A stretch of DNA of 64,000 nucleotides, from assembly GCA_964106645.2 (NCBI GenBank), contig OZ067049.1. One strand, given 5' to 3'. The stretch comes from Podarcis pityusensis. Lineage: Eukaryota. Made by a program: the position numbers and the translations under genes. Below the pieces are notes generated by a model. The model was not told the DNA's origin. It ran no database searches and saw only the letters and a program-made list of their open reading frames with translations. How positions within the stretch are numbered: position 1 is the first letter of the stretch; every line of letters starts with the position of its first letter. This document shows, in pieces, positions 25,363-38,070 of this stretch.

Positions 25363-26297
25363 TAATGGTTTTCATCACAATCCCTATTTGCATGCTAACT
25401 AAAGGTGGCTGGGAAACAGAGAAGATCAGGAGGGGAGGAGGAAATGAAGATCTCCCTCCTCTGAGCGGAAAGTGCAAAATGTGGTGTTGAAGGAAATTTG
25501 GTGCTTCCCTCTCGTGGAAGTGGAAGTGTGGTACCCAGGTAGATTCAGCTAGCAGAAAGCTTTTTGTGACCGTTTCTTCTGGAGAATTGGACCTCTGAAG
25601 TATAGTGGGAGGGGAATTACTGTCAGATGCAGAACAAGACAATCATTTTGGCCTCAGAAAATGAGAAATGCAAAGTTGGTAAGGGGGTAAGATTCCCTCA
25701 ACCAACTTGCTACTTCAGTCTCTCAGAGCTTTTCTTCAGACAGCAAAAAATTGCAGGAAGGACCAAAATGTCTGTTGGGGGGGGGGTTGTTTTCCTCAGG
25801 AGAAACCGCTCCCATAACAACTACTGCCATTTTGAAAATTAGAATCCTTATGTTTTGTTCCAATGGACTGATTTAAATCTTTTTTAAAAGTTTAAATTTA
25901 AAATATTTTCCCCAATTTACCCCGGCTGATTTAACTTTCCCTTCTGTATTGCTTGTATTGTGGTTGAGGAAGTTTAGTTGGGTGGGGGGGAATATATTAT
26001 CCCAACTGAAGGTCTTACCAGGGAGCATTTCATAATGGTGATATTGTCTGGGAAACAGAGGGTCACTTATGAAGGGGGGACGTGCATACCCCCCACCCCA
26101 TTTCTCCTGAATGCAGGATGCCAGGAACACCACAGCCCATTCAAAGTTTATTGTAGCCTGCACCTCAGTAAAACATGTTTTTAAAATGCCAAAAGTAGCC
26201 AGTTTCCCTTTGAGGAAAAATTGCAGCGTTTGAGACTTTTTAATAAAATATTGTGCATGTTGTAGGAAAAGTGGATAGGGAAAAGTCTCTCTCTCTC

Positions 26298-26340
<43 letters not shown>
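26298..26340. repeat. (TAA)n microsatellite
   Basis: Read directly from the sequence. Confidence 0.95.
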
Positions 26341-26344
<4 letters not shown>

Positions 26345-26437
26345 TAATCTGGGGCCATCCAGTGAAAATGAATGCCGGAAGATTCAGGGTAAACAGAAAT
26401 AATTCTTTGCACTGTATATTTATAGCATGCACAGTAC

Positions 26438-26565
26438 ACTTTTAAAGCACATGACTTCCTCAGAATAACGCTGGAAATAGTAGCTTCCCCTTCACAGAGT
26501 TATAATTCCCAGTCCCCTTAGCAGCCTACAGTTACCAGGGTTCTTTGCAGGAAGTCATGTGCTTT
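26438..26565. mobile_element. Palindromic MITE whose right arm is split by L1 insertions
   Basis: acttttaaagcacatgacttcc pairs with ggaagtcatgtgcttt[insertion]aaaagt. Confidence 0.7.
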
Positions 26566-26833
26566 GGATGCACATAGTAAAAGTCTAGCAGGAACTGAAA
26601 AATGAGCAGCCAGTGGGAAACGAAGAGGAAGAAAACTGGGGGTGGGGAGATAAAATGTTAAAATATTTTCGAAATGTCATTTGAAAATTGAGCAGCTAAT
26701 AAGGGTGGGAAGAGAAAAGTCAAGATGGCCGGTTGGGGAGTCATTTTTTCAATCTGAATTAATGAGAGGTCAAATTTGTAAAAATAAAAATAAAAATTTG
26801 GAAAGCAATAAAAATCAAACATATTAAAAATAA
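26566..26833 (+). mobile_element. L1-like 3' UTR fragment
   Basis: G-rich tracts, AATAAA and A-rich tail; 9-bp TSD atgtgcttt (26557-26565 / 26834-26842). Confidence 0.65.
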
Positions 26834-26858
26834 ATGTGCTTTAAAAGTATTGTGTGGA

Positions 26859-27225
26859 GGATGAAATTAATGGACTATGCGGAACTTGATAAACTAACGG
26901 GAAGGATCCGAAACCGGCGGGACCAGAAGTTTACTCAGGACTGGAGTAAATTTACGGATTATTTGAAAAGTATTTGTGATGATCAGACGACGTTTGTAGG
27001 TTTGCAAGAAGCTCTGTGAGGAATAATATTAGAAATATTGCAAAAATGAAGAAGGAGATAGGATATGTTAAAGATATAAAGGCAATATTAAGTTAGGAAA
27101 TGCGTAAGAAGTGAACAAGACGGAGGATTATCAGAGGTGCTGATGGAAGTCCAATAAGAATGTATTTGTGATAAATTGTGTGCTGTGTTTTATAATTTTG
27201 TATTTTAAAACATATATATATGTAT
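26859..27225 (+). mobile_element. L1 3' fragment (ORF2 C-terminus plus 3' UTR)
   Basis: WRMKLMDYAELDKLT...W.KF.DYLK; 12-bp TSD gtattgtgtgga (26847-26858 / 27226-27237). Confidence 0.8.
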
Positions 27226-27242
27226 GTATTGTGTGGATTTGA

Positions 27243-27452
27243 AGGGAGTGACGGCCACCAACTCGGATTGCTTTAAATGGGGATTAGGCAGTTTCATGGA
27301 GTATCTGTAGCTATTAGTCATTCTGATTATGTACTACCTCCAGTTTTAGAAGTTGCTGGAGAATCCCTGCATGTGGGATTCCCATAGGCATCTGGTTGGC
27401 CACGGTGAGATCAAGATCCTGGACAAGATGGTTCATTGGCTTGATCCAGCAG
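27243..27452 (+). mobile_element. CR1 LINE 3' fragment
   Basis: gtgacggccaccaactcggattgctttaaatggggattagg...ttggcttgatccagc. Confidence 0.6.
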
Positions 27453-27711
27453 CCTCCTCCTCCTCCTATGCCCACATGATTTTCAGAACACACACACACA
27501 CAAAGGTAATGTTGTAAGTGTAACTGACACAGAGACTTGGATGTACAAAACCAATGCATCCAGACAGAAAAGTATCGCAATTCCTGTTAAAGCATCAGTA
27601 TAATGGAGGCAGGCGGCACGTTTCATTATCAAGTGATATTGCGTGACTTTTTCTTGATACCTGTCATCTGATCGATGTTCCATAATTATTATTATTTTTT
27701 CTCTTTCTCAG

Positions 27712-27791
27712 GATGGAATCTACCGAAAAATGTGAAGTAGTTATTCAGCATTTTAATGGGAAATACCTGAAAACACCCCCTGGTGTGCCAG
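27712..27791 (+). CDS. RBMS3: RBMS3 internal coding exon (80 nt; end of RRM2; probably equivalent to human exon 6)
   Basis: tttttctctttctcAG acceptor and G|gtaagt donor. Phase-compatible with the previous exon (AG+G = Arg). Translates (R)[26 protein letters not shown]. Confidence 0.96.
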
Positions 27792-28461
27792 GTAAGTGTT
27801 GTGTGTTCTCTCTGTGTGTGATAAAATATGGAAGCTCCTTTTCCAGAAATGGCTCTTGAGGAGAGTTCTGACTTGACATTTCACATATTGGTCTCTCTCT
27901 CTCCAATTTGCATTGAATTTGTGCTGTTGTATGTCTTAGGTCTTGACACCCCCACCTCCACATTAAGTATATTAATCAAACAAACCAAATAAACTGGGTG
28001 GGGGAGGAGAAAATGAGAGTGGAGGAAGATAAAGGGGAAATAGATTTAATTCAACCTATGGAATCTCATTACATAGAGAGGTCACTGAACCCATTTCCCA
28101 CTATCATGAGTTCTTACTTGCCATCAATGTATTTACTGTCCTTTATGCCACAGCGACTGGATCTAATGGTCAGGGCTCCCTTTACCTTTACAGCATTTTA
28201 GATTGAGCTTGAATTGCTATAGTGTTTCCTCTTTGTTGCTCACAATTACAGCTTCCCACATTTTTATTTGTTTTTCTTACTGAAATGGAGAGCAGAATGA
28301 GAATTCATGTGGGCATGTTTACATATTATGTGCAAAATCTAGGTTGACTTATGTGTGTAAACAGTAGTTACATGTGAATCCTGATGATCGGAATTGAAAA
28401 AGTATGTCACCTTCAAGTCACACAAAATGTTGTGTTGCACTTATGGCCACTTGGAGTAGAA

Positions 28462-28470
28462 TATTATTGC

Positions 28471-28513
<43 letters not shown>

Positions 28514-28610
28514 TGTATACCACCCTTCACCTGCAGATCTCAGGGCAGTTCACAACATAAAATTACAATATAAAAACCACAAAATGCATAGTAAAAATAA
28601 AAACAAAAAA
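28462..28610 (-). mobile_element. L2-type tail with (ATT)n microsatellite
   Basis: tatttgtataccacccttca...gatctcagggcagttcacaac is the reverse complement of 59390-59455. Confidence 0.7.
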
Positions 28611-29597
28611 CCTCCTCCCAGGAGATCAAGGTTGTGTACATCTTGGCAGGTTGTAAACAATAAGCAGCAGATCTTGCCAATAGATTGCACATGATGGTGG
28701 TGCAGGGGCCCCAACGCGCCCAGGAAATCCTGTTAGCATCCCTGATGATGGCATCCAACCTTTCAGTGCAGAAAAAATACATCCATTGGAAGAGCCACTC
28801 AACCCACCCCACACCCTGGTTAAGTAAATATTAATTAACAATGTATGTGAGTAGATTCACATGTTATCCTAGGGAAACTCAAGATCGGTCACAGAATATT
28901 GTGGTACAATTCTACATACAAAGATACCATCAGATGGACATTTCTTGTCTAGCAATTGCAGTAGTTGCGATATGAACCTGCCTAATATCATAGCTACACC
29001 CGATGGAAATGCGAAGGATAGCATTGATTTTGAGCAGATTTCCGGTCAACAGAATCCTTGTCCTCTGTAAACAATCTCCCACATCACTCAGTAATAAAAT
29101 GCTCTTAGCATATGTGAGTCAGCTGGCCGTAAATGCAGCAGCTTTATGACTTTTAAGTGTAGGATTTCCCCAAGTTTTATATGCATAATATTGAATTCAG
29201 AGTTCTCATCCAAAAGAAGTGTTAGGTGGAACTGCGCCATGCGTAAATTATCTAGAAACTATGGGCTGTTTTTAAAAAAACAAAAAACTTACATAATGTT
29301 ACCTACGACCCCAAAATCCAGCATTCATGCTATGGCAGAGCTTCCAGCAGCCAATGATGCTGCAAGAACTAAATTTACAGAGATCATGTTTGGGCTCAGG
29401 AACTATTTCAGTGTCCTTTAGCTTTTGGAGAACTGGGAGTGAGTGCAGGGAACTCAACTTCCAAGTTTTGGCTTCTGAACAGGAACTCTAGAGTGGAGGC
29501 AAGGAAGGAATAAGGACGAGTGCATCTGTCAAATTATGATTTCTCTCTCATTCCCCCCCCCATCTTGTCTTTACATCTCTATGGGTTTCTACATGGG

Positions 29598-29600
29598 TTT

Positions 29601-29659
<59 letters not shown>
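29598..29659. repeat. (TTTC)n microsatellite inside an unclassified AT-rich repeat (~29540-29985)
   Basis: Read directly from the sequence. Confidence 0.9.
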
Positions 29660-32600
29660 AAAAGAGCTCATGAAAATTCACCAGTATTTTAGTGCAATTT
29701 TCTCCTGATATATGCATTAGTGTATTTTGCCTAAAATGCAAATTTTGTAAGCAATTTTCTGTAATGCACTTTTCTATATTATTGTTGCAAATATATATAC
29801 ACATTTTTATGCACATTCTGTATGCATTTTTGCACACACATTACTTGACTGGAGAACTGCATTGCAAAACTCCAAGAGTGGAAATTTTGAAGGATGGCTG
29901 GTTTTTTCAGCTTGCATATTATTTCAAGAACTGTCAGTTTGGTAATTTTGCTGTGAATTGTGAACGAAATTTCTGTCCTATTCCTAGCAAGGCCTTGGAA
30001 TCCCTGAATGGGAGTCAAGCCCTCTTTCTCCTTACATCAGTGGGGACAATGCCCCACATCTTGCAGGTCTAAGCTCCAATCCTATTGGATTCCTAAATGG
30101 TCAGCCTTTTGATGGGCAACAAGGATAAGCATTATTAAGCAAGTCAGTACTTAGACGAAGAATGGGGATAAACAGCAGCTCAGCACTTAACACATAGCAC
30201 TATGATCAGCATTTTGAATAACCATTTTGATTAACATATGAACATATTTTGATTAACATTTGATTAACATATGAACATACCGTTTGGAAAATAGAACCCT
30301 TGAAAAGCTGTAGCCCTTGGCAGAACTACATCTCCCATAATTCCATTTTCTTTTCTACCATCGCAGCTGCTGTTGCCGCCACTGTTTAATAAGGCGTGTG
30401 CGTTGGGACATGGGGGTTAGCAGAAAAATGGTCCCTGGTTTTTCTGGAAGATCCCAGATCACTTCTGAATTAATCCTACGAGTTTAGGAGAGACCACCCA
30501 TCTAAGATGCTGAACTCCCTGTTTTAGGAGGTTTGGCTGTCCCCCAATTTCCCAGTTTTTTTAATCACCATTTCTCCTCTGGCAGTCCTCTCATTTATCT
30601 GCTTCATATGTTTTCTTCCGCTTAGATCAAGTCTCTTAAGTTTTTCTTGCCTCCTTTTTGTATTTGATCTAGATGCATGGCATTTTTATTGATGTTGTGG
30701 TTAGGTTTTCATTTTGTTCCGCAAGTTACCTTGGGCATATCCAGTCTGGAAGTGAAAAGTCAGTATAAAAGTATCTAAATGAGTAATAATATAAAAAGCT
30801 GGTGCAGAAAAATAGCAGCCTTGCTGTAGTTTTTTACCCTCTAGTGTCAAGTGGGGAAGAGGCATTTGTGAAGAGCTTTCTCACAAAAGGAGAAATTTGA
30901 ATGAGGATATATACTGTATAAGTGTAAGCAGATAAACTTGGCTTTTTAATGTACCCTTCAGCTAATCTTCCTGATGGCACCTTTCTGTCTGTTTTGCAAA
31001 AAGGAACATTACATTTCAAGATTCCTTTATTAAATGCTTATCTCTCTTCCCCATATAGGTGTGTCTGGGTGCTCTGAGATGCTTATGTAGAAAATATTTT
31101 AAAGCAGTTACATTAGCTGTCTGTCATTAGGAAAATAAGGGTATGAAAACAAGAGAAAACTGCACCTCAATTACATGGTATATTTAAATTACAAATGTGC
31201 ATATATGCTGCCTGCTAGAATTTGATTTTAATGATCACAGATTGGATTGACTGCATATGTGTACATGGTAGAAATCAAACCCTGTTTTTGAATTCTAATT
31301 TATCCAGTAGCTTTCTGCTTTCTTCACCCTCAGATATGCTTCTCAGTGGGATATTGTTGTATTCTAAAAATCCCCTGGAAAGTGACTCAGTGAACTCCCT
31401 CTAGCCTTGTAAGAGAGAATTGCGGATCTGTAAATATGATTGATTCGGAATTATCACCATTTCATTGATTTGTATAGGGCGAGCATTTGGGTGTAATTAC
31501 CTAAGCAGGGTGCTGTCAAAATACATCTTTGAGACAGTTGTACTGTATTGGTTATAATACTCCTTAAGAGCTCACACAGCAAAAAAAGAAAGAAAGAAAG
31601 ACGGAATAAAAGAAATAATAATATTTAAGATACAGTGAAAAGTTATAAATTGCTCCATTCCCTGTTGGTGGGTTTAGCTTGTCCTTTACTTCCTCCAAGA
31701 CGAGAGGGAGGGGAAAAGGTTAAGTAGAAGTTTCTTTATATTCATGTAGTTTCCCCTCACAGCTTCTACTCAATTTATACATCTCTGTAATAAACCTGGA
31801 TTTATGCCTCTCAGCAAAGATAGAAGCATTATGCTTTATCCACCTCCAGGCAATTACTGATCTTCCTGCATGGCGAGGCAAAGAGAATCAAGTCTCCCGG
31901 TGTATTTGGAAAGGCACAATCAGAGTCTGAAAATTATCCTCCCAGTGCCGCAATAATTGGCATGAAAGGGAAAATGGGCTCTAGTTATTGCTGTGACCTC
32001 TTTATGAATTTAAGTAGGAAATTCGGAAACTTGAGAGCATGAGACAGAGGGATATGTGTGTGTAAATAATAATAATACAGATATATATCAGTTTTTGGAT
32101 ATTAGCTGATATACTGACCAGCTGTCTGGCTGCGAGAAAAGATTTACCAATGAGTCAGAGGTTAAATACAGTTGCTTCACACTTTTCACCTGAATTCCTA
32201 GCGGACTGTTAGAAGAGTCTGTACAGAATGGAGCAGATTTCATGTTTGGGGAAACATCTTGTTTATTCCAGGTTTCCTCTCCTACTTGCTAACGAGCCTT
32301 TTAATGGAAACATGTAACCTTTCCAGTAGTGGATTTGACTCATTCCCCTCACGACGGACAGTTTCTCCCAAAGTTCTTTTTGCTTTTTTGGCTTTGATCG
32401 CTCTCAAAATATGAGAAACTGGAGGGACAATAATAAGCAGCACCAAATATACCTTCCTTTTTTAAAACAACAACAACCTGTATTTAAATTGAACAAGAAT
32501 TGCTATGTTTATCCATATCATGCCCTCAACGAGGCCCTTTTGGTATTGATATTGAAAATCCATCTCATCCGGTTTTGGACATTTAATTTTGCTTCATGTT

Positions 32601-33064
32601 CTTTCATAAGCTTGAATATTTCTCTTAGGCCTCTTAATGCCTTCTTCTGCTTTAATTATTGTTCCTAAGAAATAGCTTCAAAATGGGAAATTACACACTT
32701 AAGAGCAATATATTTCCTTAGAAAGAGTAACTGAAATAAAACTTAATATCCTGCCAGAAGATTTACTAGGAAGTTCTGTACTAGTAGCATCTTAGTTTTT
32801 TATTTTCTTATCCTTAGAAACAAGAAGCTTTTCTCCTTTTTTTGCACATTTCTGTCTTCCTGCCTCTCACCCTAGCTGTTCAGATTGCTGTTTAATAGCA
32901 ATACATTAGGAAGAATTACCATGAAGGACATCCTACCAGTTCTCTCTCCTGGAGGTAGTTTTCTTCTATATTCTGACATATCTAACAGTTTATCCTCTAT
33001 CCATACCCATTATGCATCATAATACTTTAAAAACCACAGCTTACACATGGGTTATGTTCAGCCA

Positions 33065-33300
33065 GTTCTGAGGGCATTCTGGCGGTTCCATTACTGCAAA
33101 AAGTGAAGTTACAGGGAACCTGTGGAGCACCCTCCCATCAGAAGTCAAAAAGCAAAACTTTTTGTAGACATCTGAAGGCAGCCCTGTTTTGACAAGCTTT
33201 TAAAAATGTTTGAGGTTCTGTTTTGTTCCTTTATATTTTGTTGGAAGACACCCAGAGTGGCTGGGGTAACCCAGTGTGATGGGTGAGGTATAAGAAATAA

Positions 33301-33339
<39 letters not shown>

Positions 33340-33340
33340 G
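33065..33340 (+). mobile_element. L2 3' end with (ATT)n tail, tail-to-tail with a minus-strand L2-type tail (33340-33450)
   Basis: Homology to 63190-63480. Confidence 0.8.
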
Positions 33341-36259
33341 CTTATATCCTGCCCTTCCTCCTCAAGGAGCCCAGGGCTGTAAACAGACATACAATTCCAA
33401 ATCAAAAGCAAAGCAGAAACAGATTAAAACATTCTTTAAAAATAAAAAAAAATAAAAACATACTTCCAATTCAATGATCTCAAGTTTTGCCAGGAACATT
33501 ATTCAATGATGGCACCTGCTCAACACTGAATCTAAGCATTTTCTGCCTAAACTCTTTGCCAGTCAAATCGGCAAATTGCTTTATTCCCATTGTGTTGTAG
33601 GTGTGTTTCCCTTGTGCAGCTTCACAGTTGTGTTATTCAGTTGTGTTGTTCAGTTACTCTCCCAATACATACATACAGTTCCATTTGTAACTGCAGATTG
33701 TATGGAACGGGGAAGTTTGGTCTAGCTGTAATCTCCATATTGGTGCAGAATTCAGTGGACAGGTTGCTCATAATTTTGAGTATATTACACTGATTGTGTC
33801 CCAAATGCACTGGCTGTCAATTAGTTTCCACCACCCTGCCCTCCCAGAGGGTGAAACCAAGGCAACAGCAGGAGTAAACAAACCAGGCAGGACAAAGTTA
33901 TGGGATTTAAACTTGGCCACAGCTTTTATTGATTACAGATGTTGGTAGGCTTTGGCACAAGCATTGGGTATATATCCATTATCAGCCTCCAGATGGAGGG
34001 CCGACACTTAAGCAGGGTTGTGCCAGGGGTGGAGGGCCACTTAAGACGTGCATCTGCTAAGATGGCCCGCCTCAGGCAGCTGAGGGAAGCTATATGGCCC
34101 ATCTGCTCCACTCTTGGCTTCTGGACAGATACTTGCACATAGACTCCTCTAACGTGGTACCTCAAGATTGCACCTGGCTGCTTAAGGCTGGGGTGATAGT
34201 TTCTGGGTGGTAGTGTCAATATTTAGGAGGCATTTGGCTCCGCCCCCTGGCTCCTCGCAGCATCGCATGCACAATATCAGGGTGTTGTGGGATGTCACGT
34301 GCATGGTGTCACATGGCGTCGCACCCAGGCCCCCTCAATCCTCTTAAGAAGATGGCGCCTCTGTTGTTGTTGGTGTTTTGATGGACTGTAGGTTTTTTTA
34401 ATTGGATTTTAATTTGTTTTTTCCTTCTTTTTATTGTAAGCTGCCCTGTGGCCTGTGCAAAGAGTGTTATTATTGGTATTAAGAGTGTTGGTTTTGGTAT
34501 TAAGTAGTATATAACTATGTGAAATATGTAAACCATTGGGTCACTGCAACTTTTGATGACACGCCCTGACACTGTTGGATGGCACGATGACATCACAGGC
34601 ATGTATCATGGAAGCTATGACAGGGCATGCATGAGGTAAACTGGTTGAATAAAATGCCAGCATTTGCCCTGCTTAGTGTGTTGGTGAGGATAAAAAGGGT
34701 GTCAGAAAATGCTGCAAGTACGCCCCATTCAGACAGTCTTGTCTGTGAACATTTTGTACTGAAGGCAATTACTTCATTTTTAACATGAAGCTTCTGCTGC
34801 CATCATCTCTTTTTATTCCGTGTGTGTGTGTGTTTTTCTTCTTCTTCTCCTCTTGTATTCTCCTCAGGCTTTCAAGTCATTTTAAAACATTTTGGATTTA
34901 AAGCACTGAGGAGTTAATAGAGCTTTAGTTATAAAATATTTACAATCAGAAACTGGATGATATTTCCCAGATTGCATGATCTTTTGAAGTTCAAATATGA
35001 CTTAGATTTTCTTTTCAAAGAGCTCCTAATGGCTCTCCGTGAATGTCCCCTGACACTGTAAATCAGCTACGTCATATTGAGTCATCTTTTTTTATTATTA
35101 TCAATCTTCCTCCCCCCCCCCACCTCCTACATTAGTCTTCGTATTAGAGTATTGCTCAAGTTATAACATTTCCCCAGCACTCTCCCTAGATTAGAACAAA
35201 ACCTTTCCTTGAAGGTTCAAAGGAATGTGAATAATTAAAGTTAAAAAGAAGTATGACACTTTTCAGAAGTTTCCATATTGGAGCCAGTTTAATTGGCTTT
35301 CCATTGCAAAAAGAAATAGCTCTCTTCTCTGTATCTCTCTGTCTCTCTCTTACTCTTTCAAAAAAAAAGTGTTCACTTGGCTAGTTATTTAGAAGTAATG
35401 ATATTTTTTTCAATAATCAATCGAAGTGAACACAAACTCTTTAGCTTTGAAGAGCCAAGAGTCCCATAAGGACAAGACTTTGTCAATGAATATGTAGCAA
35501 TTGAAAGTCAGCAAGGAACTGTTGATTTGTTGGTGGCCACGTGTGGGAAGAAATATTCCTTTTTATTAAAGATAAGACACAGCCTTGTAGTGACATGATC
35601 CCGGAGTTTATCTATAGTCTTTTCAGTGCCGTGCCAGACTCAAGCCTGAGAAAATGAGTCAGTTGCATGGTATGGATCTTGCTGGGGGTGCATCTAACCT
35701 GCAGGAAGTCAACTGCAGCTGTGATGGAAAGGTTCAGTTCTTGGACAAAATTATTTACATACTAAGTCTATTGTAAGTTCAGTCCCTTGAGCAGCAATGC
35801 AGATAATTTTTACAGCATAAATTATTATTTTTCAAAAACATACCATCCTGTAGAGTTGGAAGACAGTAGGTGCTTGGCCTTTTATTAAGCTATCTGAACA
35901 ACAGTATCATTTTATACCCAGAAGTTTCTGCCAGATGTTTCAGTGCTCCATCCATTAGGCACCTGTTGTCTTCTCCCATGTTTTAAATTATCTTTTGATT
36001 GCTAGTTAATAGATCCCCCTTGGCCACTATTTGTTGCATGTTCCACAATGCATAATTTTGCTACGGGAGTCTCTGTCTCCTACGGTGCTCTGCAGCTTTC
36101 TCCTCGAAATATAGATGAGATCCATCAAGGGTGAGGGCAAGAAAGTGTGAAATGAACCACCATCCCAGTGCTGAAAAGTTTGCAATAGTTGAGGATTCAC
36201 TAGTGCTGAGTAGAAAAGGGAAGGGCTCTCTCACACACACATTGAAGCTAGGGTGATCC

Positions 36260-36290
<31 letters not shown>

Positions 36291-36545
36291 TTTTATTTAT
36301 ACCCCACCCTCCCCAGCCAAGGCCGGGCTCAGGGCGGCTAACAAGCAATATTAAAAACAAATTGAATGAATACAACTTAAAAAGAAGATTAAAATACAAC
36401 ATTAAAATATTAAAATGCAGCCTCATCACAGGAGAAGAAAGGAAAAAGAAAGGGGGGGGGGGGAATCAAATTGGCTCCAAGCCAAAGGCCAGGCGGAACA
36501 ACTCTGTCTTACAGGCCCTGCAGAAAGAAATCAGATCCTGCAGGG
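36260..36545 (-). mobile_element. Young L2 (second family) 3' end
   Basis: (AAT)n tail; near-identical to 37573-37879. Confidence 0.85.
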
Positions 36546-36554
36546 AACATTCAT

Positions 36555-37460
36555 AGAAGCTGAATGTTGGAAAATTCAGGGGGAAATAACTTCACTCAGT
36601 GCGTAGTTACACTATGGAATTTGGTACCACAAGATGTGCTGCCCGTCAAGATGTGTGAGTTTAAAATGGGAATGTATAATTTTTTGAATGATGCACCTAT
36701 CAGTGACCACTTGTCTTCGTTAGAATGATTTTTATTAGTTGTTTGTTTGTTTTACACAAAAATTGACATTATTCAGTGTACTTTCAATATAATACATTTT
36801 GACTTCTCATCCTTATGTCCGTGATGTTTCTGTCATGGAATCTTTTACCTGCTGCCATAACTGCCATTTCTTTCTTTTTTATTGTATTATAACTTATATC
36901 ACAATCATTTCTTTATTCTCCTTCTCTGGCCTGTTTCAATTCCTGCTCGCGATTTCATTTAGCTACAGTTCCCCCCTCCCTCAAATAGTCCGAAAAGAAC
37001 CTTCACTCTTCGACAAAGTTCTTGTCTTTTTGATCTCTTATTTTTATGCTCTCAACTTCGCCATCTCTGCATAAACCATTAACTTTAAAATCCATTCTTC
37101 TTTCGCTGGGACTTCTTTCCACTTCTGCGGATACAGGATTCTGGCTATGGTAGCAGCATACATAAACAGCATAGCCATCTCTTTTGGAACCTCTGCCCCT
37201 GTAATCCGCAAAAGAAATGTTTCAGGCCTCTTGGGAATGACTATTTTAAACATCCTTTTTTAAAAAAAATGTAGTGACTGCTTGTCTTGATGGTCCTATA
37301 TCCTATTACCTCCAGTAGCAGAGCCAGTACACTTCTGAATTTCAGTTGCTGGGGGACAAGCGAGAGAGTGCTGTTGTGTTCATGTCCTGCATGTGGATTT
37401 CTCACAAGTATCTGGCTGGGCGCTTTGATGTGGTCCAGTAGGGCCCTTCGTACAGTCTTG
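36555..37460 (+). mobile_element. Old CR1 3' fragment interrupted by L1
   Basis: tgaatgttggaaaattcagg...ctatggaatt...accacaagatgtg; resumes after 37288. Confidence 0.6.
36718..37272 (-). mobile_element. L1 3' fragment
   Basis: PETFLL...LFMYAAT.ARILY.QKWK...EEWI.KLM.YAEMAKL; TSD agtgaccacttgtctt (36702-36717) / agtgactgcttgtctt (37273-37288). Confidence 0.82.
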
Positions 37461-37570
37461 CAATTTTCATGAGCACGTTATTCTCCCATCAGCACCAACG
37501 CTCTACTGGGATGGTTTTTGAGGAGTCCAAAGAACACCACAGTGTTAGCACATTTTGCGGAGGGTGGAGA

Positions 37571-37571
<1 letters not shown>

Positions 37572-37601
<30 letters not shown>

Positions 37602-38070
37602 TTTTATTTATACCCCGCCCTCCCCAGCCAAGGCCGGGCTCAGGGCGGCTAACAAGCAATAATAAAAACAAGTTGAATGAATACAACTTAGAAACAAGAT
37701 TAAAATACAACAATTAAAATATTGAAAGATTGAAATATTAAAATGCAGCCTCATCACAGGAGGAGAAAGGAAAAAGAAAAAAGAAAGAGGGGGGGGGAAT
37801 CAAATTGGCTCCAAGCCAAAGGCCAGGCGGAACAACTCTGTCTTACAGGCCCTGCGGAAAGAAATCAGATCCTGCAGGGCCCTGGTCTCATGAGGCAGTG
37901 CGTTCCACCAGGCCAGAGCCAGTGTTGAAAAGGCCCTGGCTCTGGTTGAAGCTAATCTAACTTCCTTAGGGCCCGGGACCACTAGGGTGTTGCTATTTAT
38001 GGACCTTGAGGCTCTCCGTGGGGCATACCGGGAGAGGCGGTCCCGTAGGTACGAGGGTCCTAGGCCCTGA
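37572..38070 (-). mobile_element. Young L2 (second family) 3' end
   Basis: GLGPSYLRDRLSRYAPRR...RAFS.LA..WWNALP...SFRRACKTELFRLAF. Confidence 0.9.

Larger units (their letters stand above)
15451..27711 (+). other. RBMS3: RBMS3 GT-AG intron (12,261 nt, phase 2); 1-15292 and 27792-64000 are the flanking introns
   Basis: Bounded by the two exons. I found no upstream RRM1 exon and no downstream 'EPLLCKFADGG' exon in the window. Confidence 0.9.

Noticed and set aside
25873-26439. 188-aa minus-strand ORF
   Set aside because: Low-complexity (ATT)n poly-Ile, with no recognisable domain or splice support.
15293-27791. Assignment to RBMS1 or RBMS2
   Set aside because: Diagnostic residues ([23 protein letters not shown]) and the very large introns fit RBMS3.
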